From NCBI RefSeq assembly GCF_009914755.1, contig NC_060934.1: DNA of 64,000 nt; one strand, 5' to 3'. A program made the position numbers and the translations under genes. The number at the start of each line of letters is the position of its first letter. The first letter of the stretch is position 1. The notes under the pieces were generated by a model. It did not search any database. It was not told the origin of the DNA and saw only the letters and a program-made list of their open reading frames with translations. The DNA is from the human T2T-CHM13v2.0 reference genome, Homo sapiens. Positions 41,357 to 54,269 of this stretch are shown here, piece by piece.

Positions 41357-44300
41357 CTCTCTCCTGATCCTGCTACCCTCCCCTCACCTCAAAGGCAGGA
41401 TCAGGGGCCTCCCTACCCATGTGATTCAGTGACACATGGCTGGGGCAGGGACCCGCCCCCTTGGCTCCCAGGTACACAGGCACCCAAGTCACCTGCTCCA
41501 GAAACCGTCCCAGAGACAAGTTCCCCCGGACCGCTGCACCCGACAAATGGCTGCTGGGGCGAGACCAGCCCGGGGACTTGCCGCGTGGCACCTTGGGGCG
41601 CTCAGTAGCAGGGCAAGACGCAGGCACTAGTCTGGCCAGGGCCACAGTGGGGCGGGGGGCGCAGGTGGCCCCAAGCTGGTTGGAAAGAGGGCTCTCAGGT
41701 GCCAGGGCACGCCTAGGGGTGAGATCCAAGCCAGCCCCTCAGGCCTCAACAAGGCGGCTCCTCTGGGAGGTGAAGGTCGGGCCACATTCCTGCGGAAGCT
41801 GGAATTCTGACATCAGATTTTCCAAGCTAGCTTTGGGGGAGGAGCCGGCAGGGAGCCAGGAGGGAGCCGAGGCCAGCGGGGGGTGGGGCGGGGTGGCTGA
41901 GGCTGTTCCAGGTTCCACAGGCCTGAGGTCCTGCTGGCCTCCCCCTGGGCCTGGGCTGCCCACTGGCCGCCTGGAGCATCCCACGCAGAGGGTGACTTTC
42001 TCATCCCAGCACTGGCCTGGCTGAGTCACATGGGGGCTGGGCCAGGGGACTCTAAAAATAGCCTGCGCTGGCGCTCGCTGGACCAGCCGGGAAGTTATTA
42101 TTAGGCTGCGGCAGGGCCTCCTCCTGGGGTGGCCTCTCCTCTCAGAGCCCGGAAGAGGGAGGGGCTCGGTCAAGGCTGTGGGGCTGCCAGGTCACCAGGC
42201 CCTGGACACTCAAGCCGGGTCCCTCCGGTGGGGGCAGGGCAGGGGCTGCGCCCTCAGCCTGACTCCCACCCACATGCCCCTTCTTCCTGCGCTTCCCAGG
42301 GATGACCAGGCACTGTACGGGGGCAGCTCCTGGTTTTTCTGCCCCGCGAGGACCTGCTGTTCCATCAGGAGGGTGACTTTCTTCCCCTGCCCACCCTGGG
42401 GAGTCTCCCACGTCTGTGGGGCCTTTTCTGGATTCACTCTCTGCACCCACTGCTCACGCAGGGCCCAGTGCAAAACAAAACTGCGAGGCCACCCTTCAAC
42501 AATGACTAAGTATTCGGGGCAAGTATGGGGCCTTGGGGGCAGCCACTCTGGGCCCTAGCTGCACCCCCATAAAGCCAGCCTTGCACCCTGTCCCCAGAAA
42601 CCACTGACGTGGGGCCTGCAGGGGTGTGAGATACATCAGGGTGCAGCCGTCCCCAGGACACCTGAGCCGAGACCCTGTCTCCATGGAAACAATAGCTACC
42701 AGGCCAGCAGCTCCCAGCTCACCGCTGCCGCTCATGTCCAGGCCGTGGTCCTTGGAGTGGTCACTGCTGCGAGGGAAGGAGCCCCCAACAGCTCCCGTGA
42801 ACCTGACCCTGGAGAGGGAGGCTGTGCTCTAAACCCCTCTCCTGAGTCTTCAGTGAACCCTTGTGCCCCTGGACAGGCACTGTTCTGGGGACGTGCTGGC
42901 CCCGCCCTCCCCTGGGCCGGCCCTGCTCAGCCAGGAGGACCACCCTAGTGAAGGCCACTCCCCATCCCCATCTGAGGAGGGTGCACTTTTGCAACAGAGA
43001 AAGCCCCAGGCTCAACCCAGTCAGCGCTGCCTCCAGCCCGTGGGACCCAGAACACAGCTCCAGTCCTTCCACTGCAGAGACCCTGGGGGCAGGGCCCGGC
43101 CCCAAACGCAGAGACTCAGAGTTCGTGTGGATGGTTGACCCTGAAAGTAGCTTCATGTATTGTCTGATTATAAAAATGATACCCCTTGTAAAAAATACAA
43201 ACTACAAAAAAGTAAAAGCAGGTTGTGTCCCCCCAAGACCTTTCCCTAGCGGTTCCTACAGCCGCTATGGAGGCCAGCGCAGGAAAAGGCGGGGGTGCGG
43301 GCGTGAGGCCAAGTGCACCTGTGATTTGGTCCGGGCACAGCTTGGCGTGTCTCTGTGCTCCTCCCTCTGGAGAAGCCCCGCCTACATTGAAGGGCACGTG
43401 GGCCGGCGGTGCCGTAACTTGCTCCACCCAGACCTGCCGATGGACATTTATATCACGTCTGCTTTTTTGGCCGCTGAAACAAGCAGCCGAGGTGCCTTTG
43501 GGCCTGTATCTTTGCCCACCTTCTGATTGTTTTCTGGACAAATCCCCGAGGAAGACACCAGGTCACAGAGCACACTTGTTTAACATTGTGAAACCTACAA
43601 GGATCGGTGGAGATTTTATCCCTAAGGGACTCACGGCCTCTGCGGGGTGAAGGTCGGAGGCACGAGCCACACTTCCCAGACCGCTGGCCAGCTCACTCCC
43701 CAGCAGCCGCTAACCCTGTCTAACCCCTGCTGGGCTCCTCTTTCCTTTCCTGTAATCCCAGCTACTCCTCCAGGTGGTGAGAGCACCTGAGCTGTGGGGC
43801 CGGCACCAGGAGGCTGTGTTGCTGTTGTCAGGCACGGGGCTGTTTCCCCATGGAGGAGACGCAGCCTCTCTGGACAGCCGCCTCCCCCTCTGGTGTCCGG
43901 ACACAGTGTTGTCACGCCCAGACTTTGCCTCCTGGTCTGTCTGCTCCGGGGAGGGTGCTGGGAAGAGCACTGCCATGTTCATTACCAAATGTTCAGCGGG
44001 GACCCCAGATGCTGCCTGGTCCCCGTGTCCATGAGCAAAGCTCCCCCGGGGAAGCCCCAGAGACAACACTGTGGCCTCGTGCTAACTCCCAGGAGGGAGG
44101 TCAGGTCAGAGGGCAGGAGGCCCCGTGGATGCTTCTATGTTTTGACCTCAAACCCCCTCCCACGGCCTCAAAGGTGAGCCTGCCCCGAGGGCTGGACTCT
44201 GGGATCGCTCCAAACAGCAGGATCAGCTCTCCGTGCTGAGGAGGTGTTCACGCCTCGTGCAAGAGAACACGGCCTCTGGGTCCAGACAGCACAAGAGCCG

Positions 44301-46493
44301 GGGCATCCTGGGAACCTTCTGGAAAGAGAGTGAGGTCTGTAGTAACCTGGGTTCCGGCCCATGATCAGCCTGGGGTGGCTCCGGTTCCAGTTCCTCAGGA
44401 AGCCTGGAGGGAAACAGCAACTCCCTCTGCAGCTCTGTCCCCAGATTTCCCTGTGCTGGGCGGGGCACAGCTGCGATTGCTTCGACTTCCCAAACACTAA
44501 CAAGGATATCCCCTGGAACGGGTCTGCCAGGGACACCATCATGGATGGTGAACACCCAGGGGACGCCAGCCCCGGGGCCAGGAGGCAGTGTTGTCCGTGG
44601 GCGCCCCCAGGAAACGCAGCCCCAAGCCCAAGTGCTGCTGCCTCTGGGCCCCCAGGCGGGCGCCGCTGAGGTGATCCCTGGGACCCTCTCCAGCCCAGGA
44701 TGGGGGTGAAGGCCCCGGAGCTGGCTCAGCCCACAGGCAACAGCAAGGCAGCCATGTACGCCTGGATCCCATGGAGTCATCACCCCCCACTGCAGCCCCT
44801 GGGGGCCTCCTGGGCAGGCACCTTGGGAACCTTGGGAGTAGGGAGCCAAGGAAGGCCAGAGGGGTCCCCATGAGTCTCCTGGGGCCCCATCAAGGACTTT
44901 GGCCTCAGCTAGAGGGAGGGATGGGGACAGCAGGCAGGAAGAATGGGCACACAGGCCAGACGCACACAGGCTCTGAGAGGGTTAAGGCAGGGCCCATGTT
45001 AAAACCATCCTCTCCCCTCAGAGCCCAGCATATGATGGGGCCCAGGGGGTGAACCCGGGCTGGACACACCGACCTCAGCCTTGGCCCATCTCCCCAACCA
45101 CGATGAATTACTGACACTCGGCCCTTACATACAGCCGGGGCCTCGCAGTGCCAGGCTGGGCTGCGGAGGCCTGGATGCCCCACTCATCCAAGCAGCTGAT
45201 TCCGGCTGCTCAGGACCTGCTGGCAATGCTGTCTGTTCCATCGCTCCAGGAAATGGAAATGTTCCTAAAACTTTCATGTCACAGCTGCTTTTACTTTGTA
45301 AGTTCATGCTTAAAATAGCGCCAGCGGCCTCTGTTTCACCTTTTCCGAGGTTGGAAGCGGTTTGCTCTCAGCTCCATGAGAAGACAGCGGGGGAAACGCG
45401 GCAAGGAGCAAAGCTTGGCCAGAAAGCATCTCTTCTTTTTATGTAACGCTGGTCTGTGAAGCTTATATTTTAAAAGTTAAGTAAATACTGGGTTTGTTCC
45501 ATAAACTTATCTTCTCTTACATGGACTAGGAGGGTCGTGTGTGAGTAAAATGCAGCAAAAAGACACATGAAGCCCCTGGGGGATCGACTCTTCTCACGGC
45601 TCTTTCTGCCCCAGCAGCTGAAGTCAGTGGGGCTGTGTTCCACAAACACCACGGTGCCCTGGCCAGAAACGGGCTGCTCTCCTGACCTCCTGGGCCCCGT
45701 CCTCACTGCAGCCTCCGGGGGTCAAACTGACACTGTGCATCCCTTCACAGACAGGGAAACTGAGGCTTTCAGGTGCCGCCGTTCACCCACAGTCATGCCG
45801 CTAGCGAGGGCTGGGGCGGAGGGGCCAGGGCTGGAGGCTCCTCCCCACCCCCCCAGGCCAGAGCTGCATCCATTGCGGAAATGATGAGAAGTCGCCCTGG
45901 CCCGCTGAGAGGCAGCCAAGCCCCCAGACCTCCCTGAAAGGGGAGAGTGGAAGGTTTTCCCATGGACCTGCACAGGGCCAGGCTGTCCTGGGCACTCCCA
46001 AATCTCCTCAGCCTCCTCTGGAGCTCGCTTTCCTGAGCACAGTGTCCTGGGACTCTGCCTTCTCCGTCCACAGAGCACGAGTGGACAGGGCCGCATCTGG
46101 CTTTGGGGGTCCCGGAGAGCTCCCTGGTGCCCCACACCCTGGCTGCACCCTGATCCAGCCGGCCCCAGGAGTGGACTCGGCTCTGCAGGTACCAGTGGCG
46201 GTGCTGACGACAGCCCCTAACTGTGCTGGTCATAAGCAGCTGGACACCAAGGAGTCTCACCAGCCCATCTGGAGAGCAGTGCCTTCTGGGGACCCAGTTT
46301 AGAGCAGGACAGACCACACTCTGCCAGCTGGGGCAGCCACAGAGGCCACTTCCCCTCCACCCAACATGCGTGGTTTGGTGAAGGCCACAGCAGAGAAGGG
46401 TCATAACCTCTAGGAGTTGATTTGACCAACCATGTGGCCAAGGGCTCACTCTTCTCCCTCCTGAGTCCCTGCTGCCAAAGGAGGCCTCGGACC

Positions 46494-47449
46494 GGGAGCT
46501 CGTGAGCCCCCAATGAGTCTGTTGAGGGTGCATTGCTGGGAGCTCGTGAGCCCCCGTGGGTCTGTTGAGGGTGCATAGCTGGGAGCTCGTGAGCCCCCGT
46601 GGGTCTGTTGAGGGTTCATTGCTGGGAGCTCGTGAGCCCCCGTGGGTCTGTTGAGGGTGCATTGCTGGGAGCTCGTGACCTCCCGATGAGTCTGTTGAGG
46701 GTGCATTGCTGGGAGCTCGTGACCCCCCAGTGAGTCTGTTGAGGGTGCATTGCTGGGAGCTCGTGACCCCCCAGTGAGTCTGTTGAGGGTGCATTGCTGG
46801 GAGCTCGTGAGCCCCCGTGGGTCTGTTGAGGGTTCATTGCTGGGAGCTCGTGACCCCCCAGTGAGTCTGTTGAGGGTGCATTGCTGGGAGCTCGTGAGCC
46901 CCCGTGGGTCTGTTGAGGGTGCATAGCTGGGAGCTCGTGAGCCCCCGTGGGTCTGTTGAGGGTTCATTGCTGGGAGCTCGTGAGCCCCCGTGGGTCTGCT
47001 GAGGGTGCGTTGCTGGGAGCTCGTGAGCCCCCGATGAGTCTGTTGAGGGTGCGTTGCTGGGAGCTCGTGAGCCCCCGTGGGTCTGTTGAGGGTTCATTGC
47101 TGGGAGCTCGTGAGCCCCCGTGGGTCTGTTGAGGGTGCATTGCTGGGAGCTCGTGAGCCCCCGTGGGTCTGTTGAGGGTTCATTGCTAGGAGCTCGTGAG
47201 CCCCCGTGGGTCTGTTGAGGGTGCATTGCTGGGAGCTCGTGACCTCCCGATGAGTCTGTTGAGGGTGCATTGCTGGGAGCTCGTGACCCCCCAGTGAGTC
47301 TGTTGAGGGTGCATTGCTGGGAGCTCGTGAGCCCCCGTGGGTCTGCTGAGGGTGCGTTGCTGGGAGCTCGTGAGCCCCCGATGAGTCTGTTGAGGGTGCG
47401 TTGCTGGGAGCTCGTGAGCCCCCATGGGTCTGTTGAGGGTGCATTGCTG
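46494..47449. repeat. 43/44-bp minisatellite, 22 copies
   Basis: gggagctcgtgagcccccgtgggtctgttgagggtgcattgct and variants. Confidence 0.98.
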
Positions 47450-50400
47450 GAGCCTGAGGATGTGGAGAGGTGGCCCATGGACCAGGATGGGAGCGTTGCT
47501 GGGGAGTTCTGCTGAGAGGCAGAGGCACGCAGATTGACATTACAGCAACCAGGCTTGGCCCTGTTGGCTGGAAGGACCCTCATTCCTGGAGGAGTCTGTC
47601 CTTGGACAGGGAGGACCCTTGAGCCCCTGCCCAGTCTGGAACAAGTACAGGGGGCTGGCTGGGGGCTGCCAGGAGTCGGTCTGGTGGGGCTGGCCAGCCC
47701 ATATCCAGGCCTCAGCACGAGAGTCACCCACCTTGCACCCCTGGGCCAGCTCCGAGGCAGCACCCTGGCTCTGCTGGACTTCCTAGGAGGAGGGGCTGCA
47801 GGAACTGAATGTTCCTGAGCTGGCTCTCAGAGGCACCCATTAGCCCATCTCATGCAGGGCTAATGGGATTCTGCCCCACGAGAAGAAGTCACCTCCCAGC
47901 TGACCACTAGCCTCTGCTGAGCCTGGCTGGCCGAGGGCCACCCCAGGGGACTGCAGACCCCATGACTCCGGGGGAGAAGGGAGGCCTTTCCAGCCACCGT
48001 GCAGCCCTCCCATCCGCCCAGCACCTTCAGAGCAGCCTGCAGAGCCCAGGCGCCCAGGGGCCACCCTCATCCACTCAGATGTGGGGCGCTGAGCACACAG
48101 AATGTGGGGACCCTCCCTGCCCCTAAGAGGCTGCTAGCAGCTGAGAGGACCCCAGGTCTGGGAGGGGATGGGTGATGCCCACAGAGCTGATCTCCTGCTG
48201 GTCCCGCCACCCTGTCCCCTCTGCTGTGGTCCTGGAGGCTGAGCCCAGGCACACCGGCCTGCTGACTTCTAGCTGGGGTCAGCCCACCGGAGGGCCCTGA
48301 TCATGGCTGGGTACTTCTTCCTGGCTGTCCCTGTCCTGGGCTGTCCTGACCCTCTCAGGCAGGTGGCCCTCCTCCACACCAGGCCATCCCTGGGCTCTGC
48401 TCGGCCACCTCACCCCTGGCCGTACTCCTGCCCCTTGCGGGCCCCTGGTGCTTTCGCCTGCACCGAGGGTGATGTCCCTTCAGCAAAGGCTCTTGAAGGA
48501 CCTAGTGAAGCTCTTCTGGGCTGACAGACACACCCACTATGCCCCCAAATCGGCACAAGCATGGTGCATCCACCGAGCAGGTTTTCTCCCTCGACTCAGA
48601 AGCTTTTGCCCCCAGCCTCATTTCATGGGCCTAATTAACATCATAAGCAATTAACACTGCCTGTGGCCAAAACCCATCACATCCTTTCTCACTAGGTGGC
48701 TGCTGCCCACACCCCAGCTCCCACCTTCACTGATTTGGGTCAGAAAAGCAGTTGCCAGGTCACACCGTCACATGAACGAGTGGTTGAAGTCTTTGTCTCT
48801 GCTCCCAGCTTGTTAGGGTGTGGAGGATCTGAGGCTGAGATGAGGAAACAGGCCCTCCAGTGCACCAGCCTGGCGGCTGGGACCTCCCTGACAGAGCACC
48901 TCAGGGTGGGTGCCAGCTTGAAGGAGCTGCAAGGGAGCTGGAGACCTGCGGCTGCACCCACAGCAGACTGGCCCCGGGGGCCCAGGCCATACAGGCAGGG
49001 CTGGGCCAGGCCTCCATGATGAAGTCAGACCCTCTCGGTTCTCTCTGTCTTCTCTCCATGTGGGTCTGCAGTCCCTCTCTGTCCCTGTTCTGAGACTCCA
49101 GCTTTCTGGAGCACCGCTCACCTGTTCCCGTCTCTTTCTCTTGCTTCTCTGCTTACAGTCATCTTTCCTTCTGTAGACAGCTGCCTCCATGCCACAAGGG
49201 CCTCCAGCATGGAGAACTGTTGCCACAGGTCCCGGTCCCAGACGACTGAAGTCTGTCCTTCACAGCAGCTGGGGCAGTGGAGCCCAGGGGACCCCACGGG
49301 CACCCTGGATCACACACAGCCTAGGGACCAGTGCAGCCCCAGAGGAGCCAGCAAAGGTGGGGACAAGGTGCCGAGGAGAGGGATCCAGCAGACAGGCTGA
49401 TTCTGGCTGGGCTCGAGGGGAAGCCAAGGGAAGAGGGGAGCCTGGTGTGCCTGGCATGAAGCTGAGCTGCCCGCTTCTGCGGGCAGCCCCTCCAGAAGGC
49501 AGTGGAAGGGGTGCTGTTCAGGACAGCAGCTCGTACAAAGCGGGGGACATCACAAACACTGCTGGGCACTCACGGCTGAGACTGTGGGAGGCACCCGGTG
49601 GACTCCTGGAATGGAGGACAGAAGAGATGAGGGCTGGGTCTGGTCTCTCCCCAGGGCCAGCGGGAGGACTGAGCCCTTGTCTGCACCAAGGAATCGCCTT
49701 CTCTCCTCTGGCCCAGGAGGACAGAGGCTCAGAAGCTTCTCTGGAGACCGTGCTCTGTGGGCGAGATGAGGAAACAGGTCCCAGCAGTCCGGCTGAGGAA
49801 ACACTGAGGGTCGGCTGAGACCAGGACCTTCGACTTTGTCTACACTGGAGGTGCGTGTTTAGAAGTGGAGCAAACGGTATATTCCTACAAGTTTAGACTC
49901 TGAGCTCCAGGAAGACCACAGTCTACCCAAAGCCACCCCTGCTATTTGTTCCCCAAATCTGCCCAGGCCGAGATCGGAGCCTGCCTGGAGCTCTCTGGAT
50001 GTGTCCCTCCCTTGCCCTTGTCAAGGTGCTGCTGGCCTTGGGTGTTCAGTGGAGAAAGGACACTGGAAGCCCCAGAGTCACCTACAGACCAAGGCTGGGA
50101 ACAAGCTGGAAGAGGAATGCCTTCCTGGGGCGGACAAGAACCTCAGAGCCTGGAGGGGCCACAGAGAGAGAAGTTCACCCAAAGCGAGCTGGGCAGGTGC
50201 CCAGCAATGGGGTCAGAAGGCCGGTTCTTCGTTTTCCCTGAAATACCAAGGACTCATTCCCGGTTTGTTTCTCGGGCTTTGGCTGGAAAAGGCAGAATCT
50301 GCAGCTTCTAAGCAGGCTTTGAGTTCTGAATGAATCTTTTAATTAACACAACTGTTCTACTAATTGATCCTAGACTCATTTTAAAGTTGAAAGGTGGGGA

Positions 50401-51065
50401 TACCAGCTGCTGAGTGGGTAATTGTACCATCTGCAACTTTGCTGATAAATTTTGGGCAGATTAATCCTGCCAGCCCAAGTTAGCGTTGGCAGAAGGAAAC
50501 TGGATGAGTGGGGCAAAGCAAAAAGCAAAAGCAGCCATGCGGGGAGGTGCTGAGAGGGGAGGGCTGAGCCTTATGGAGTAAGGTGGGCTTTTCATTTTTA
50601 AAGAATTGCTCGAAATCTCTTATCCTCAAGTTACATCATTATCACATACATGATGATAGTCCACATTGCAAAGCAAACACTGTGATGGATTCACGTTTCA
50701 AAAAATAAAACAGTTTAACTACATGTACTTGTGGTTTGAAAAAAAGTCACCATGTCTTTTTCATTCTTGGGCATACCTTGATTTATCTTTAAATAGCGTG
50801 GAAACCTTCATTTCAAACGTGTTAATGTGATTGCCCGCCTGAAAACTGTAAGAGAATGTCTATAAATCATGAAAGAGAGAAAACCGGAAGTGATCGTTTT
50901 CAAATATTAAATATATGTTTAGATTAGTAGCATTTCTATTTATAAACCTCAACCAGTTTGAATACACGGCAGACAACAATCCCATTCCCAATGAAACACA
51001 AAAGATTAACATACCCAGAAATAAATTTAAGAAGTGTAGATGACTTATTTAAAAAAATAAAATAA

Positions 51066-51400
<335 letters not shown>

Positions 51401-51511
51401 TTACCCACATCCACCAAAGCAAAAATGTAGCTGGTTGACAAAATCAAGTCATTGAGAAATAAACTTTAATAGACAAAAATATGTGGTATATATACAGTGA
51501 GATTCACTTGA

Positions 51512-51787
<276 letters not shown>

Positions 51788-52187
51788 TAATATAAACGTG
51801 TACTAGAGTAGTATTTTCTCGTGAAAACATTTCCGTGGAGTGGAGTCATTTATTCACGTTTGCTTGCTGACTCATCTTCCCTTCACTGCCAGTTAGGACT
51901 GCAGCCTTCGTGAGTCCCAGAGCCCAGAGGAAAGGAGGCGAAGCTCCCGAAGGCACTGGTGAAACGCCGACATTCCTGTGGGTGTCTTCCTTTTAAAACA
52001 ACGTAAGGATGCTTTCAAAGTCTTCTGAAGATTTGAGCAATGGACAACAGAGATGAATCTTTATGAAGCTTAATTATTAAATACAGAGTTGCAAAATAGA
52101 AGTGACAGCTGAGTAGAGAACCTCTGAAAAGTGATCCCCTGCACTAGCAATGTTGATCATGGGAGCTGGATGGCCTTCCCTTAAAAC

Positions 52188-52489
52188 TTTTTGTTTGTTT
52201 GTTTGTTTGAGACGGAGTCTCGCTCTGTTGCCCAGGCTGGAGTGCAGAGGCACGATATCGGCTCACTGCAAGCTCCGCCTCCTGGGTTGAAGTGATTCTC
52301 CTGCCTCAGCCTCCCGAGTAGCTGGGATCACAGATGTGTGTTACCATGCCTGGCTAATTTTTGTAGTTTTAGTAGAGACAGGGTTTCTCCATGTTGGTCA
52401 GGCTGGTCTTGAACTCCTGACCTCAGGTGATCCACCGCCTCAGTCTCCCAAAGTGCTGGGATTACAGGCGTGAGCCCCTGCGCCCGGCC
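52188..52489 (-). mobile_element. AluS
   Basis: Full reverse Alu with (TTTG)n tail. Confidence 0.93.
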
Positions 52490-53650
52490 CTTTCCTAAGA
52501 CTTGGTCATTAGAAGAAAATCTTGCCTGACCCTTGAAACAGGCTGAAAGAATGCCAGAAGCTCTGACAACTTCAAAGAGCATTGCCAAGACAGACACAGA
52601 TTTTCCTTGTCTGTTTTTGCTGATGTTGTTTTGCTCATGGTTTGGGCTATTTGTCCTTTTGGCCACAAGGTTTAGCCCCTCACCGTGTCCTGGCAGGGGC
52701 TGCATTGCCCGAGCGGGGAGTCTACCACAGAGCGCGCACTGGCGTCCCTCTGGCTTACCCTCCTGACTCACGGTACGCACGTACATTTCGTGTCAATAAT
52801 CTGGTGCTGTCAACCACCTGTCCCAGCCAAAAGAGAGGGACTCACTGCTTTACCGACCGTAAAGAACAGGCGCCCTGTTCCCTCACCCGTATCTGACTGG
52901 AGACGCAAACCTATGGCTTTTGCCATGAGGAATCCGAAGTCACAATTTCTTTTCCTTCAAAGTCAGGTGGAATGACAACAGTGACCCCCCGCCCCCCGGG
53001 GCCATGGGAAGTGTCAGGGTCACATGGGTTGAGTGTGTCTGGCTGGGGACACCCAGGTTCAAAGCAGGGCTGGGCAGGGTTGACCTCAAACCTGTCGGGG
53101 GCAAAGATGGCCATGGATTTTATGGTGCTGATCAAGAACCAACCAAAAGGAAGAGCTGTGGGTGTCCTATGAGGGCAGAGGGGGAACCCTGCAGAAACCG
53201 AGGGTCCAGCTGCTGCTGGTGCTTCCCAGGGGCTTCCCTTTCTCACTGTCGGGACTTTTGAAACGTGCATAGATGTGTACAGAGCCCCTGACTAGTGATT
53301 TGCTTCCAGGGAAGATCATATTTCATTTGGTGGAGCAGGGAGGCAGGTCGCGAGCTGCCTTTGCTCTTGCCCTGTGTGCAGGGCTGCTCCTAGGCTGGGA
53401 ACCTGGGGGTCCCTCCGTCCACATGGGAGGCTGCTGTGTGCCAGGTCCTGCTCCAGCCTCCTCCCCCAAGATGCTCCGTTTCTGCAGGTTCTAGGATGAC
53501 GATGAAACAAAGTGTCCAATCTGCACAGGAACCAGAGAAGCAGCTGCAGACCTTGCTATTGTGTTTCCAGATGTTTGACCCTTGGAGTGATTTCTCTAAA
53601 GAATGAGCTGTGCGGGTCTGAATGCAGCTGTTTTCTGAGATGTTGCTCAA

Positions 53651-53937
53651 CAATTCCTTATGCGAAATCTTGGAGCCAGATGTAATTCAGAATTCAGTTT
53701 TTCTTCCCTTCGGATTTTAGAAAGAGGGTAGCTTGCATATCCCACCTGTTACGCAGCCTCAGCAGCACGTATGTCCGCACGTTTCGATGTTTCCAAAGCA
53801 GCACACGTGGACAACCACACTCAGTGCAGGCGCAAAGACACGATTTTTCCTTACTTCAGGTTATGTCAACAAATAAAACAATTTTTGTGTTTAGAGGATT
53901 TTGATTTACATTATTATATGTAAGAATTGTAGATGTA
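53651..53937. mobile_element. MER46-like (Tigger-derived) DNA transposon remnant
   Basis: ccttatgcgaaatcttggagccagatgtaattcagaattcag...ttcggattttagaaag. Confidence 0.5.
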
Positions 53938-53954
53938 ATCATTTCTTTTTTCAA

Positions 53955-54269
53955 GTTTATTTTATTTTTGAGACAGAGTCGTGCTCTGTCGCCCAGGCTG
54001 GAGTGCAATGGTGCCATCTTGGCTCACCGCAATCTCCGCGCCACCCCGCCCACCCCTCGCCCCGGGTTCAAGCAATTCTCCTGCCTCAGCCTCCCAAGTA
54101 GCTGGGATTACAGGAACGCACCACCACGCCCAGCTAATTTTGTATTTTTAGTAGAGATGGGGTTTCTCCATGTTGGTCAGGCTGGTCTCAAACTCTCAAC
54201 CTCAGGTGATCCACCTGCCTCGGCCTCCCAAAGTGCTGGGATTACAGGCGTGAGCCACCATGCCTGGCC
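53955..54269 (-). mobile_element. AluSp-like, with a short C-rich insertion
   Basis: gagtgcaatgg, gctcaccgcaa, tttctccatgttggtcagg; extra gccaccccgcccacccctcg at ~54040-54060. Confidence 0.9.

Noticed and set aside
43708-43730. ctaaccct words suggesting an interstitial telomere (also ~3838-3856)
   Set aside because: Only two imperfect units; chance level.
46494-47449. CRISPR-like appearance of the regular arrays (also 29814-30638 and 36469-37203)
   Set aside because: Head-to-tail units with no unique spacers, no cas genes, and a primate genomic context.
45793-47763. 309-333 aa minus-strand ORFs
   Set aside because: Driven by the 43/44-bp VNTR; the peptide cycles through frames with the unit length.
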